From positions 1 to 57,464 of the forward strand of contig JBIQJB010000012.1 in NCBI GenBank assembly GCA_044507735.1: 57,464 bases of DNA, given 5' to 3'. Below, piece by piece: positions 1 to 10,540 of the stretch. Both the position numbers and the translations under genes were made by a program. Source of the DNA: Nitrosopumilales archaeon (lineage in GTDB: Archaea; Thermoproteota; Nitrososphaeria; Nitrososphaerales; Nitrososphaeraceae). Every line of letters begins with the position of its first letter. The stretch's first letter is position 1. Below the pieces are notes generated by a model that was not told where the DNA came from, ran no database searches, and worked only from the letters and a program-made list of their open reading frames with translations.

Positions 1-95
1 GAAAGTTTGCAGGCCAGTCTCCGCACACGGGCCAGCAGGGAAGCCTGATACACCTCTAAAACGATTTTTATATCGTTAATTTTCTTTTCTTTTTC

Positions 96-464
96 GTGTA
101 CGACGGGTACGTGCCAGTCTGCAAGAGTGAAGAGTTAAAAGATAATACCATGCGGGTTTTTAGAATAGGCGTTACCGATGTGCTGGTGGGGAGGCGCAAC
201 GGCAGACTTTTTGCATGCGACAATACCTGTCCTCACAGGGGGGCGTCACTTTCAAAAGGCGAGTTTAATGGCGACAACATTGTCTGCTACATGCATGGAT
301 ACGAATACAATTTATTCACTGGCAAGCTGGAGAACATGCGGTCTTGGAAGAAAGAGGAGGCATGGGTTGAACAGAGCCCCGAATGGAGAAAGTCCGGTGA
401 TCTAGTATTGTACGAAGTAAAGGAGAATGGCGGGACCATATATGTGCGCAAGCAGGATAAATAG
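96..464 (+). CDS. Rieske [2Fe-2S] ferredoxin-like protein
   Basis: Rieske ligand motifs C-P-H-R-G and C-Y-M-H-G; GTG start; TTTTTATA box ~25 bp upstream. Confidence 0.85.
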   Translation: MYDGYVPVCKSEELKDNTMRVFRIGVTDVLVGRRNGRLFACDNTCPHRGASLSKGEFNGDNIVCYMHGYEYNLFTGKLENMRSWKKEEAWVEQSPEWRKSGDLVLYEVKENGGTIYVRKQDK

Positions 465-621
465 CGAATAGAGTGTTCTGACAGAGTGAAAAATGTCATA
501 GATTCATTGGAAAATATGTCCGGAACTATGTAACTTAACTCAAGCAGGGCTTCTTAACTTCCTGACCAAGAGCAACCAAAAGACAAAGTGCTTAAGTAAG
601 AGTCTAAGGTTACACGGTATT

Positions 622-1479
622 ATGAGTAGTAGTGGATATGCTCACCCGGAGGTTCTCTGCGAGACCGACTGGGTTGCAAACAATTTGAAGAATACAAACA
701 TCCGAATTTTGGAAGTTGACTATGATCCAGAAAATGCTTACAGGCAGGGGCATGTGCCTGGTGCGCATCTTGTGTGGTGGAGAAAGGACATCAACGATCC
801 AGTGAGGCGTGATATCATAAACAAGCAGCAGTTTGAAGCCCTTATGAGTAGAGTGGGGGCGACTCCAGATACGGAATTGATATTGTACGGTGATTTTAAC
901 AACTGGTTTGCTGCATTTGCCTTCTGGGTGTTCCAGTACTATGGTCACCGCAAGACCCGGATTATGAACGGTGGCAGGAAAAAATGGGAGCTAGAAAAGC
1001 GCGAATACACAAAGGATGAGCCAGCGGTGCAGCCTACGAAATACGTTGCGAATCCGCCTGATGAAGGAGTTCGCGCTTATATGGCCGATGTAAGGCGTGC
1101 AATAGAGAAAGCTGAACAGACAGTGTTGGTTGACGTTAGGTCGCCAAAAGAGTTTACCGGAGAGATCACAGCACCGCCCGAATATCCAATGGAACACGCG
1201 CAGCGCGGAGGCCACATCCCTGGAGCAAAGAACATTCCCTGGGCACAGGCGGTCAAGGACACCGACGGTACATTCAAGAGCGCTGAGGAGCTGAAAGCTC
1301 TCTATGAGGGAAAAGGCGTGACACCTGACAAGCACGTCATAGCGTACTGCAGAATCGGCGAACGCTCCTCGCACACGTGGTTCGTACTGAAATACCTGCT
1401 TGGATACCCGTCAGTTCGCAACTATGATGGTTCGTGGACTGAATGGGGCAACATGATCGGAAATCCGATAGAGAAATAG
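622..1479 (+). CDS. Tandem-domain thiosulfate sulfurtransferase (rhodanese, SseA/CysA-like)
   Basis: GHVPGA and GHIPGA motifs, active-site loop YCRIGERSS, C-terminal signature YDGSWTEW. Confidence 0.95.
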   Translation: MSSSGYAHPEVLCETDWVANNLKNTNIRILEVDYDPENAYRQGHVPGAHLVWWRKDINDPVRRDIINKQQFEALMSRVGATPDTELILYGDFNNWFAAFAFWVFQYYGHRKTRIMNGGRKKWELEKREYTKDEPAVQPTKYVANPPDEGVRAYMADVRRAIEKAEQTVLVDVRSPKEFTGEITAPPEYPMEHAQRGGHIPGAKNIPWAQAVKDTDGTFKSAEELKALYEGKGVTPDKHVIAYCRIGERSSHTWFVLKYLLGYPSVRNYDGSWTEWGNMIGNPIEK

Positions 1480-1496
1480 TGCACGTCACTATCAAC

Positions 1497-1508
1497 TTTC
1501 TTTTCTTT
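1497..1508 (+). terminator. Probable oligo-T archaeal terminator after rhodanese
   Basis: TTTCTTTTCTTT ~18 bp after the stop codon. Confidence 0.4.
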
Positions 1509-2193
1509 CGATCGCTAATTTTCTCTATACATCAAACCATCTAAAACTGCATATTCCTGCACTATCCTGTTGGTCATGTTATGGTGACGGCATGGTCGCC
1601 AATGATATGACGCAAATGAGCCACCACTGCGAGTAGTGTGCATATGCTGCGCTGGGCTTCAGTGAAAAGAAAAATCTAGTCGGTTCTGAAAATGGATGTG
1701 AAGGTGGAATTGTCAGGCAAGTGAAGCCAAAGAAACGAGATGATTCGATACCTCAAGTTCTGAAAGAAACGGACGGAAATGTAGCAGTTATTGGATCAGG
1801 ATGCGACTACCAATTTCACTGAGGAACTTTCTGAAAGAGATGAACACTACGATGAGGTCATGGTGGCACGTGCGATGCCCCACTATACCACATAATGCTA
1901 GAGGAAGAAAGAAGCACCCTTTAGACTGAATCGATAACCAATGCGTATGTGTGTTGTCATCGGGCCTCTCGCTAACGGCAAGCATGTCTTGCATCCGGGA
2001 TGGGATGCCACATCAAGATTGGGTCAGAGCTCGCGTAGCGCCAAAGTGTGTGTGCAGTAGATGCGAATGGGGGGCTTGTGCGCTCATACAGCAACAAGGA
2101 CAAGTTGGATGTTATTGTTGTTGCCTCTGCGTAGGACAAGAAGGAGCTGGCGGAGCCTGATGGTAAGCGATAGAGAAATAAGTCGTTTATTTC

Positions 2194-2511
2194 ATGCTGT
2201 CCTTGATGCAACAGGGCGACCTTGTGAAAAAAGGACAGTTCTACTTTATCTACAACCGCAGCCCACACCTTGTGCTGGAGGATAAGACCAAGAGGGGTCT
2301 GGAAGTGCGCGAGCGCGTACTTGATGAAAAGTACGGGGTGGAGGCCGACAGGGGAATAATCCACGATATCGACGGCATTGGCCACAAGGTGGGCATCAGG
2401 TGGTATTTTCCGCAAACAGAGTTCACACTCGACCACGTTGCAAAGATAGCTGAGGAGCTAGAGGCAAGATACAAGGCAATCAGGGACGTCACTTGCCCCG
2501 ATGATGATTAG
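2194..2511 (+). CDS. Hypothetical protein (~100 aa)
   Basis: Protein-like composition and codon usage similar to neighbours; no recognisable motif; start may be ATG 2206. Confidence 0.7.
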   Translation: MLSLMQQGDLVKKGQFYFIYNRSPHLVLEDKTKRGLEVRERVLDEKYGVEADRGIIHDIDGIGHKVGIRWYFPQTEFTLDHVAKIAEELEARYKAIRDVTCPDDD

Positions 2512-2572
2512 CTGTATTGAACAAGCACACCTTGCCTCTTAAATGGTATGTTATTGAGAGTCGCACACCAAT

Positions 2573-2760
2573 ATGGATTTGAATGACGAATAATGGCCAG
2601 ATAATTGCTTGGTGATTATTGGCCTCCCAGGACGTACTGATGACAAGCTCGAGCATGGAAGATACTCTTGATCTCATGAAGGACATCCTGTGGATTCTAT
2701 ATACTCTGGCTCCTTGGACTGACTTGCCAAGGGGGGCAGACATGTGAAGCTTGGACTGAA
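2573..2760 (+). pseudogene. Degraded IS5-family (IS427-like) transposase N-terminal fragment
   Basis: Across a stop and frameshifts it reads MDLNDE*W ... P.RTD ... DILWILYTLAPWTDLPR, matching the recalled IS5 N-terminal pattern MDLTDEQW...GILWILRTGAPWxDLP. Confidence 0.65.
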
Positions 2761-2854
2761 TGGAATACCTTTTCCATGCTTGCTTCGGGCTTTAGACTGC
2801 CTTTGTGCGTATCTTCTCCAATGACGAAAACCGTAATCCTTTTAGGAGATGTAA

Positions 2855-3877
<1,023 letters not shown>

Positions 3878-3929
3878 TCAGAAGTTATAAATACAAAGAA
3901 CCATATCAATCGTCCCGAGAGCTGATACT

Positions 3930-6050
3930 TTGTACGGTCCAGGGCCATTTCTCTACGTCATTTTCTTGATGATTGGCTGGATCCTCATGTTATACACGAT
4001 CAACTTTTACTATCTTGTTTACCGGTCTCAAAATAATTTAAAGCACACAAGACGGATACGCCAGAAAGCAGAGCTTCCTGCTATACTTCCAGTGATTACA
4101 ATACAACTCCCCCTATACAACGAGAAGTACGTGGCAAGGCGCCTGATAGACGCAGTGTGTAAGATGGACTATCCAAAAGACAAGATGCATATACAGGTAT
4201 TAGACGACTCTGACGACGATACTGTTGACCTAATCAAATCTATCGTCGACGATTATAGGTTCAAGGGTTTTGATATCGTACACATGCACCGTACCGACAG
4301 GTCCGGATACAAGGCCGGCGCGCTCAAAGCCGGCATGAAACACGCCAAGGGTGAATTTGTAGCAATTTTTGACGCTGACTTTATCCCGCCGGCATGGTTT
4401 TTGAAAAAGGCTGTCGCCCAATTTTTCGCGGATCCCAAGATCGGCCTTGTGCAATGCAAGTGGGGACACGTAAATGAGAACTACTCGACACTGACAGAGG
4501 CCCAGGCCGTATCGCTGGACTTGCACTTCCTGGTCGAACAAAAAGCAAAGAGCATGACTCATCTCTATATGAATTTCAACGGGACTGCAGGGATGTGGCG
4601 CATTTCTTGCATCAACGACGCAGGCGGATGGCACACCACCACACTGGTAGAAGATCTCGATTTGAGCTACCGTGCCCAAATGAAGGGTTGGAAATGCCTG
4701 TTTCTAGAAGGCGTCGAGGTGGATGGCGAGTTACCCGTGCAAATGAACGCTGCAAAGCGTCAGCAGTTCCGTTGGGCAAAGGGTGGCATACAGGTGGCCC
4801 TGAAACTATTGAGTGATATTGTGGTCAACAGAAAAGTGCCGATAGACACCAAGTTCCAGGCCTTCATACAGCTCACAAGACACATAGTCAATCCGCTCGT
4901 GCTTGCGCAATTCCTGATATTTCCTATGCTCCTTGCAATGGATTACAAGTTGTACACAGTGGGATGGGCGCCACTGATCTCGCTTGCCATGTTTATCATG
5001 ATGGGTCCAGGCGGCTACCTGATTGTAATCAACAAGACCTGGGACCGCAATCCAGCAAAGATTCGTGAAAAGGCACGCCAGTTCTTTTTCCTGATGTTCT
5101 TCGCGGCAGGGATTGCGGTCAACAACACTGTCGCAGTATTTGATGCGCTATTTGGCAAGAAGAACGAGTTCCTGCGAACACCAAAATTCGGTATTGTCAG
5201 CAGAAAAGACGACTGGAGAAACAAAGCGTACGTATTGCCGTTTACAAAGACCACTCTCTTGGAGATATTCTTTGCCATCTATGGAAGCATGGGTATATTT
5301 ATCGCCATATCCTCCGGCAACGCCATTTTTGCGCCGATGCTTGTTATCCCTACTATTGGGTTCATTTATGTCGCTTACTTGAGCATCGTGCATTCCACTT
5401 TCAGGAAGAAAAAGACAAAGAATGAACAGCAGCAGGATGGCCGCGCGTTTGCGCCGACAATTACTACCGATAGACATTCCACTGCAAGCGGGGATACGGC
5501 CATTGCCACGACAAGTATCTCTCGTACACATGCCATGAATCAGCATGCTGCTCTCGCCGGAATACTCGCGTTTTTAGTACTGGGGGCTGGACTTGCGTAT
5601 TACGGGTACCAAGAGACGATGTATCCGATTAATCAGGCGGTAGGCTTTATGGCGAGGGCCGAGAGCGCGCAGACTCCGGAGCAACTTGCCGAGTATGTCA
5701 AGCTTACAAAGGGGTTGATACCCCCGGACGGCAACCCTGCTTGGTTCTTTTCGACAGCTAGAACGGACTTTGCATACATTCAGAGGAACCTAGACGGCAT
5801 GCTGGAGCGCGCTGAGCAGGTCTCTGGAATGCCACGCCATGGTGAACAGTACAACATGGCCATGAACGACATGCATCAATCGATAGAGGTGATAAAACTG
5901 AGCCTGCTTGAAACGGTCCCGTACATGTACATCAGCCTCACCAACATCGCCATGGCTGGCCTATGGGTAGCCGCCGTAATCGCCATTTTCGCGGTCATGA
6001 GGCGGGCAAAGCCCAAGGTACAGGTAACAGTTCGAGGTCAGATACCCTAG
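3930..6050 (+). CDS. Processive GT2 glycosyltransferase (cellulose-synthase-like) with extra C-terminal membrane-anchored domain
   Basis: QLPLYNE, DDSDD, YKAGAL, FDAD, VEDLD and QQFRW (QxxRW) motifs; several TM segments. Confidence 0.9.
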   Translation: MYGPGPFLYVIFLMIGWILMLYTINFYYLVYRSQNNLKHTRRIRQKAELPAILPVITIQLPLYNEKYVARRLIDAVCKMDYPKDKMHIQVLDDSDDDTVDLIKSIVDDYRFKGFDIVHMHRTDRSGYKAGALKAGMKHAKGEFVAIFDADFIPPAWFLKKAVAQFFADPKIGLVQCKWGHVNENYSTLTEAQAVSLDLHFLVEQKAKSMTHLYMNFNGTAGMWRISCINDAGGWHTTTLVEDLDLSYRAQMKGWKCLFLEGVEVDGELPVQMNAAKRQQFRWAKGGIQVALKLLSDIVVNRKVPIDTKFQAFIQLTRHIVNPLVLAQFLIFPMLLAMDYKLYTVGWAPLISLAMFIMMGPGGYLIVINKTWDRNPAKIREKARQFFFLMFFAAGIAVNNTVAVFDALFGKKNEFLRTPKFGIVSRKDDWRNKAYVLPFTKTTLLEIFFAIYGSMGIFIAISSGNAIFAPMLVIPTIGFIYVAYLSIVHSTFRKKKTKNEQQQDGRAFAPTITTDRHSTASGDTAIATTSISRTHAMNQHAALAGILAFLVLGAGLAYYGYQETMYPINQAVGFMARAESAQTPEQLAEYVKLTKGLIPPDGNPAWFFSTARTDFAYIQRNLDGMLERAEQVSGMPRHGEQYNMAMNDMHQSIEVIKLSLLETVPYMYISLTNIAMAGLWVAAVIAIFAVMRRAKPKVQVTVRGQIP

Positions 6051-6180
6051 TGCTTTCATCATAATGCAGCATTGAGTGATCATCATCCCGTGGGAGATGC
6101 CCACACTTTTCAATATTAACCCTTTGGGTGATGACTTGGTGCAAAGAAATTTACAAAAACCACTGTTGGTTATCACTTCA

Positions 6181-6192
6181 TTATTTAAATAA
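6181..6192 (+). promoter_or_regulatory. Probable TATA box (palindromic TTATTTAAATAA) of the 6213-8537 operon
   Basis: TTTAAATA 23-30 bp upstream of ATG 6213, consistent with a near-leaderless transcript. Confidence 0.5.
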
Positions 6193-6212
6193 CAATTTTG
6201 ACCCTCTACCTC

Positions 6213-6893
6213 ATGACCGCGGAGGAACAACTGGTCAAAAGAGTCCTTTCTGCGGGGTCGGCCGGAATAAAAAAGACCGATCTGCGCAAGGAACTAGGAG
6301 ACATTGATGCCGCGTTGGAGAAGGCCGTAACAGCAGGCGAGGTCTTCGTGGAGAAGAGATCCACCGCTTACTATTGCTTCCACAAGGCTCACTATGTGCA
6401 GAGCCTACTCAATTCAGACCCAAAATTCAGGTTGACATACGACATGATCCGATCATTACAGGAATCAGTAAGCAATTCTAACAAGGAACTTGCGCGCACG
6501 GTCGAAACACTTGCTAACAATATTTCCAATCTTGCAAGGCTTGTGCAGGACGTGAAGAACGACCAGCAGTCGTCGCTGCACCAGCAATTGGGTACGACCA
6601 ATGTTCCCACGATACCAGGCACGAGTGCCACTTCTCATAGGACGATGAGCGTTCACGATTTCAAGGAAGAATTCGATGTGGCACTGGCTAACTCTGGGTC
6701 ATCGATAGGTTGGGTCGAGCTGGCAAAGCTTAGAAACGAACTCTGCGATAAATGCAATATCTCTGCGGAAGAATTCTACCGACTTGTCGGTGAGCTCACA
6801 AGCATGCATCAGGACAGATACGAGCTTTCCACTGGTGGAGAAGAAGGTGTCATGGTTAGAGGCCTATTACACGGACTTGTGAGGTGCATATAA
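6213..6893 (+). CDS. Hypothetical protein: predicted N-terminal wHTH, central coiled coil, C-terminal wHTH-like domain
   Basis: GIKKTDLRKEL...GEVFVEKR..YY wHTH-like pattern; heptad-rich 80-120 region; WVELAKLRNEL..ISAEEF..L pattern; ATG 6213 preferred over TTG 6198. Confidence 0.75.
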   Translation: MTAEEQLVKRVLSAGSAGIKKTDLRKELGDIDAALEKAVTAGEVFVEKRSTAYYCFHKAHYVQSLLNSDPKFRLTYDMIRSLQESVSNSNKELARTVETLANNISNLARLVQDVKNDQQSSLHQQLGTTNVPTIPGTSATSHRTMSVHDFKEEFDVALANSGSSIGWVELAKLRNELCDKCNISAEEFYRLVGELTSMHQDRYELSTGGEEGVMVRGLLHGLVRCI

Positions 6894-6899
6894 TACACA

Positions 6900-8537
6900 A
6901 TGTATCCATACAAGCTGGACCGCAACCCATACCCAAGTAGCCCGACTCCGACGCTCATAGACGCCCAGATACTTGGAGGCAAGCGCCATAGGGATGCAAA
7001 GGCCGCATTACTTTCATGCGTTTCAGACCTCTACTCAAAGGTGAGCAGTGGGTCTGCTACCGACAAGGACTTCCGGCTTGTTACTGTTATTCAGGACGTA
7101 GGTTCCGGCAAGACACACCTTGCGCTTCACATAAAGGGACTCAAGGAAGTTTCGGACAGCGCGGTGACTTCGTATGTGGACCTTTCACAGATATCGCCTC
7201 GTAATATGAACAGCCTGTACAGCGCAATGCTTGCAGGATTTACCGACGAATATGCCGCCAATTTGAGACAGGTTGTTGTCAAGTATCTGCAGGAAAAAGC
7301 CGAGAAAAACATAGGGAGCGCGAAAAAGATATTCAACTACGGCTTTATCGACTCCCTCACCGGCAAAAAGATTGCAGACAAGGCCGCACAGCTGCTGCGG
7401 AACGAATTGGTTCCCAACTATGCCGCGCTTGACGAAACGTTGGCAAAGGAATTCTCGCCAGTGGAACTTGTGATACTGAAGCTAATCATCGAGGGCAAGT
7501 TCAGGGCCGACGCGCAGAATGTTGCGACGCTTGAAGACATTATAGCCAGCCTCGCCGCTCTGGCAAACCTAAACTTGAGATTCCTAAACAGGATGACAAT
7601 CTTTCAGATAGATGAGTTTGATGCAGACAAGGAGTCTGTCGAATTTGTCAAGGCGGTCATTAACGCACATCTGCCATCAACAGCACTGATGCTGATCTTC
7701 ACACCATCTTCCTATGAAGACATACGCAAGTCCAATGTCTCTGTGTTTGACAGGCTGGAAAAGGCCAACTACAAGATAGACATCGCCGGTTCTAACACTC
7801 TTGAAGAAATACTGGACATCGTGCTTGAATATATCCGCCACCACGATACGACCAAGACATTCACAGAGGAGCAAGAGCGTGAGCTCGCTGCCAAGGTAAA
7901 AGTGATCTATGATGAGTTCCCGGACTTTCGCAACGTGCGCTCGATGCTCAACATAATGTACCACGCTACAGAAAATGCTGCGAAGCGAGGAATCGACACC
8001 ATAGACGAGCAAGCGATAGACGACACGATAAAGAACGTCTACCCTGGGCTTCGGATTAGGGGCAGTGTGATGGACGTGCCAATATCTGACTTTATCAAGA
8101 TCAGGCGCAACTGCAGCGACATCTCGATGCTCGAGTCTGGAGTAAGGAGTGCAGTCAAGGACCTAGTCAACTATGCCCACGAGGTAGGTGTGGTCGCAAG
8201 GCCGCACTCTACAGATGCAAAGGGAAACGGAATCGACGTGATGTACAGTGATCCGTACGGCACAAAGGTAGCAGTAGCTGTAGTCATTAACAAAGATCAT
8301 GCAAAGAGCTTTGAACAGATATCAAACACGCTCAAGTCAACAGGCTTTGTAGACAAGCTAGTCATATTGACAAATGCCAATACGACCGGTGGCACGAACG
8401 GTAGCATGCTTGTCAATATTGACCGATGCAAGATGATAGACCTGATCTACTTTAGCAACAAGTACAAGAATAATGAAATGCAACAGGACGACTCACAGCG
8501 CGCGATTCTGCTAGCAAAGTCGATAAGGCTCTGCTAG
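6900..8537 (+). CDS. Uncharacterised AAA+/P-loop ATPase with C-terminal alpha/beta domain
   Basis: Walker A QDVGSGKT, Walker B IFQIDEFD, candidate Arg finger FDRL, candidate sensor-2 NVRS; 6 bp after the upstream gene. Confidence 0.8.
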   Translation: MYPYKLDRNPYPSSPTPTLIDAQILGGKRHRDAKAALLSCVSDLYSKVSSGSATDKDFRLVTVIQDVGSGKTHLALHIKGLKEVSDSAVTSYVDLSQISPRNMNSLYSAMLAGFTDEYAANLRQVVVKYLQEKAEKNIGSAKKIFNYGFIDSLTGKKIADKAAQLLRNELVPNYAALDETLAKEFSPVELVILKLIIEGKFRADAQNVATLEDIIASLAALANLNLRFLNRMTIFQIDEFDADKESVEFVKAVINAHLPSTALMLIFTPSSYEDIRKSNVSVFDRLEKANYKIDIAGSNTLEEILDIVLEYIRHHDTTKTFTEEQERELAAKVKVIYDEFPDFRNVRSMLNIMYHATENAAKRGIDTIDEQAIDDTIKNVYPGLRIRGSVMDVPISDFIKIRRNCSDISMLESGVRSAVKDLVNYAHEVGVVARPHSTDAKGNGIDVMYSDPYGTKVAVAVVINKDHAKSFEQISNTLKSTGFVDKLVILTNANTTGGTNGSMLVNIDRCKMIDLIYFSNKYKNNEMQQDDSQRAILLAKSIRLC

Positions 8538-8985
8538 CCGGCGCCAATTTTCTGCATCAACTCCGCTTTCTTTTCGTCACAGACAAACAACCTGCAGTGG
8601 CCGGAGAGGTTATAGCGGCCATTGCGATGCGTTGTTGAATGTGATCCACATCCACGCGTTCAGCTACCTCCTCAATCCACGGACCTGCCTGAGTCATTTC
8701 CAAAGAACCCTCTCAATCCGATCTCAAGCTCTGCGCACCAAAAATTGTCTGACCTATCTTGATACCGCTATTGCTCAACTCCCTGACTGCGGTCTGAGCA
8801 ATGATGAGTCTGCCGAAGAGATTGAAGGCTTCATCCGCGGATTTCTAGTAGGCAGTGCCTGCATTCCTAGTATTGTGATGAATTAATAGTCATTGTGGAC
8901 TAAAAAAAGACTCCCCCTTGCAGTCCAAAAAAGGGCACGTTGTGAGCGCGTAAATTGTTTTATGAGAGAATAGCTAATAACTTTC

Positions 8986-9222
8986 GTGAAAGAGGGCGGG
9001 ATTGAAGATGAAGATCCGAGCTTTCAATGCAACATTTGCGGCAGTAAGGCCGAGTTTGTAGTCCAGCTTGAAGTGGTAAGGGGGGCCGGGACATACAATG
9101 CCTTTCATGCCCGACAGACACCTTTTTACTTGTGCAAGGCACATGAGCACATCTACAAGAAAATGCAGAGGAGTATAGAGCTTAAAGATTATTTCACCGA
9201 AACAATAAGGGAACACAAATAG
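8986..9222 (+). CDS. Small putative Zn-binding protein
   Basis: CNIC...LCKAH (CxxC...CxxH); stop 2 bp before the next ATG. Confidence 0.65.
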   Translation: MKEGGIEDEDPSFQCNICGSKAEFVVQLEVVRGAGTYNAFHARQTPFYLCKAHEHIYKKMQRSIELKDYFTETIREHK

Positions 9223-9224
9223 GA

Positions 9225-9665
9225 ATGCCCAAGAGAAACTTTACAACGCTTGAAGAGTTCAAGGCCAACCTGCACAAGGAAGGGGCCACGCTGGTAGAAT
9301 TCTCTGGTTCAAAAGTTCCTTGCATCCTGCTAAACCAGAAAAAATACGAAGAAATGCTGCAGAAAGTCTATGGTAAAAGGGTGCGAGCGGACACGCTTCT
9401 CGACATCTTTTATGATGGACAGGATGTCTTTGTAGACGTCCAGATCAAGTTTGCCGACACTGATTTCGAGGAAAATTATCTGCTGTATGCAAATGACATG
9501 ATAGAGTTTTTTGAAGCTCTCGCAGAGAGTGGTCTGATATCGATAGCCCCAGACTCGTCAGCATACACAAATTCGCAAAACGTGTTCATGATCCAACTGC
9601 CAAGAAAGGATGCCGCTGAAAAGGCCCTTGAAATAATCAAGTCAAATGCCAAAAAGCACCATTAA
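9225..9665 (+). CDS. Hypothetical protein
   Basis: 146-aa ORF with protein-like composition, tightly coupled to its neighbours. Confidence 0.75.
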   Translation: MPKRNFTTLEEFKANLHKEGATLVEFSGSKVPCILLNQKKYEEMLQKVYGKRVRADTLLDIFYDGQDVFVDVQIKFADTDFEENYLLYANDMIEFFEALAESGLISIAPDSSAYTNSQNVFMIQLPRKDAAEKALEIIKSNAKKHH

Positions 9666-9691
9666 TAACATGCTTTAGGCTAGATTTCCAT

Positions 9692-9883
9692 GTGGTATCG
9701 GAGCGCAAAAAGCCGCCTGAAAAAGAAGGCGTAGACGACAATCAAGGAGTGCCTCCGGAGATAGACATTCACTACCAAATGTATGGCAAGCATGCATGGG
9801 AAGTCGAATACGGTGAACGTTGTCATACGTGCAACAAGAGGATTGACGAGTTTGGCTTTTGTGCCTGCGGCAGTAGCCAGTGA
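9692..9883 (+). CDS. Small putative Zn-finger protein
   Basis: C-terminal CHTC-x9-CAC; AT-rich TTAATAA ~25 bp upstream of GTG. Confidence 0.65.
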   Translation: MVSERKKPPEKEGVDDNQGVPPEIDIHYQMYGKHAWEVEYGERCHTCNKRIDEFGFCACGSSQ

Positions 9884-10405
9884 TGTTCAGAAATCATGGA
9901 GAATCTAGACAAACGTGGGCGATAATTGTATTGGGCTCACATCATTTGCGAATATTGCCGCAGCTGAAGGTTGTGTGTATGTGTGTGGGGTTCCTCTGTG
10001 AAAAATAGACAACTCCTTTCTGGAATCAAAGAGGTCTGGGGATAGCAACCATCCTCGCCTGATGGTGCTCACGCGCCAGTATCTGGTTAGATCTAATTCC
10101 CGCCTGTTCTCTGTCTCAGTATTGTCTTGGAGATCAGTTAACTATGCATTGCATCAAGCTGACCATCAAATAATCCTCTCACTTTTTGATTCATCTCGGA
10201 CACCATCGCAGCACACTCGCTGGACGGAATTCGAGATTGTTATTTTTAGTATCCAGAACGCCTGGTGGCGATCTATGCTGTACACCTGAGACCTACGAGC
10301 TTGATAAAATATGCGAGGTTCGTCATAATGAAGTGGAGGGAAGGTTTAGCGAAGGGGTCGTCACCAGCCATATCGTGAATATGCTGACAGAAGACAATGA
10401 AAAAG

Positions 10406-10480
10406 TGCGACGGCCGGGATTTGAACCCGGGTTACCAGATTGGCAATCTGATGTCCTAGACCAAACTGGACGACCGTCGC
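10406..10480 (-). tRNA. tRNA-Gly(GCC), intronless, no encoded CCA
   Basis: Reverse complement GCGACGG...TCAGA-TTGCCAA-TCTGG...GGTTCAAATCC...CCGTCGCA folds into a cloverleaf; TTTAAATA box at ~10506-10513 on the minus strand. Confidence 0.97.
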
Positions 10481-10540
10481 ACGAAAACTATCGATACTTC
10501 ATCGTTATTTAAAGCGTACGTGCTGCTGCCTCTATTTCTA

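Noticed and set aside
2030-2160. CxxC...YxCxxC pattern suggesting an IS1/IS1595 zinc-ribbon remnant
   Set aside because: It derives partly from TG-rich low-complexity DNA; too weak to call
10186-10512. 108-aa plus-strand ORF
   Set aside because: Its 3' part is the antisense of tRNA-Gly (RRPGFEPGLPDWQ is the typical tRNA shadow translation)
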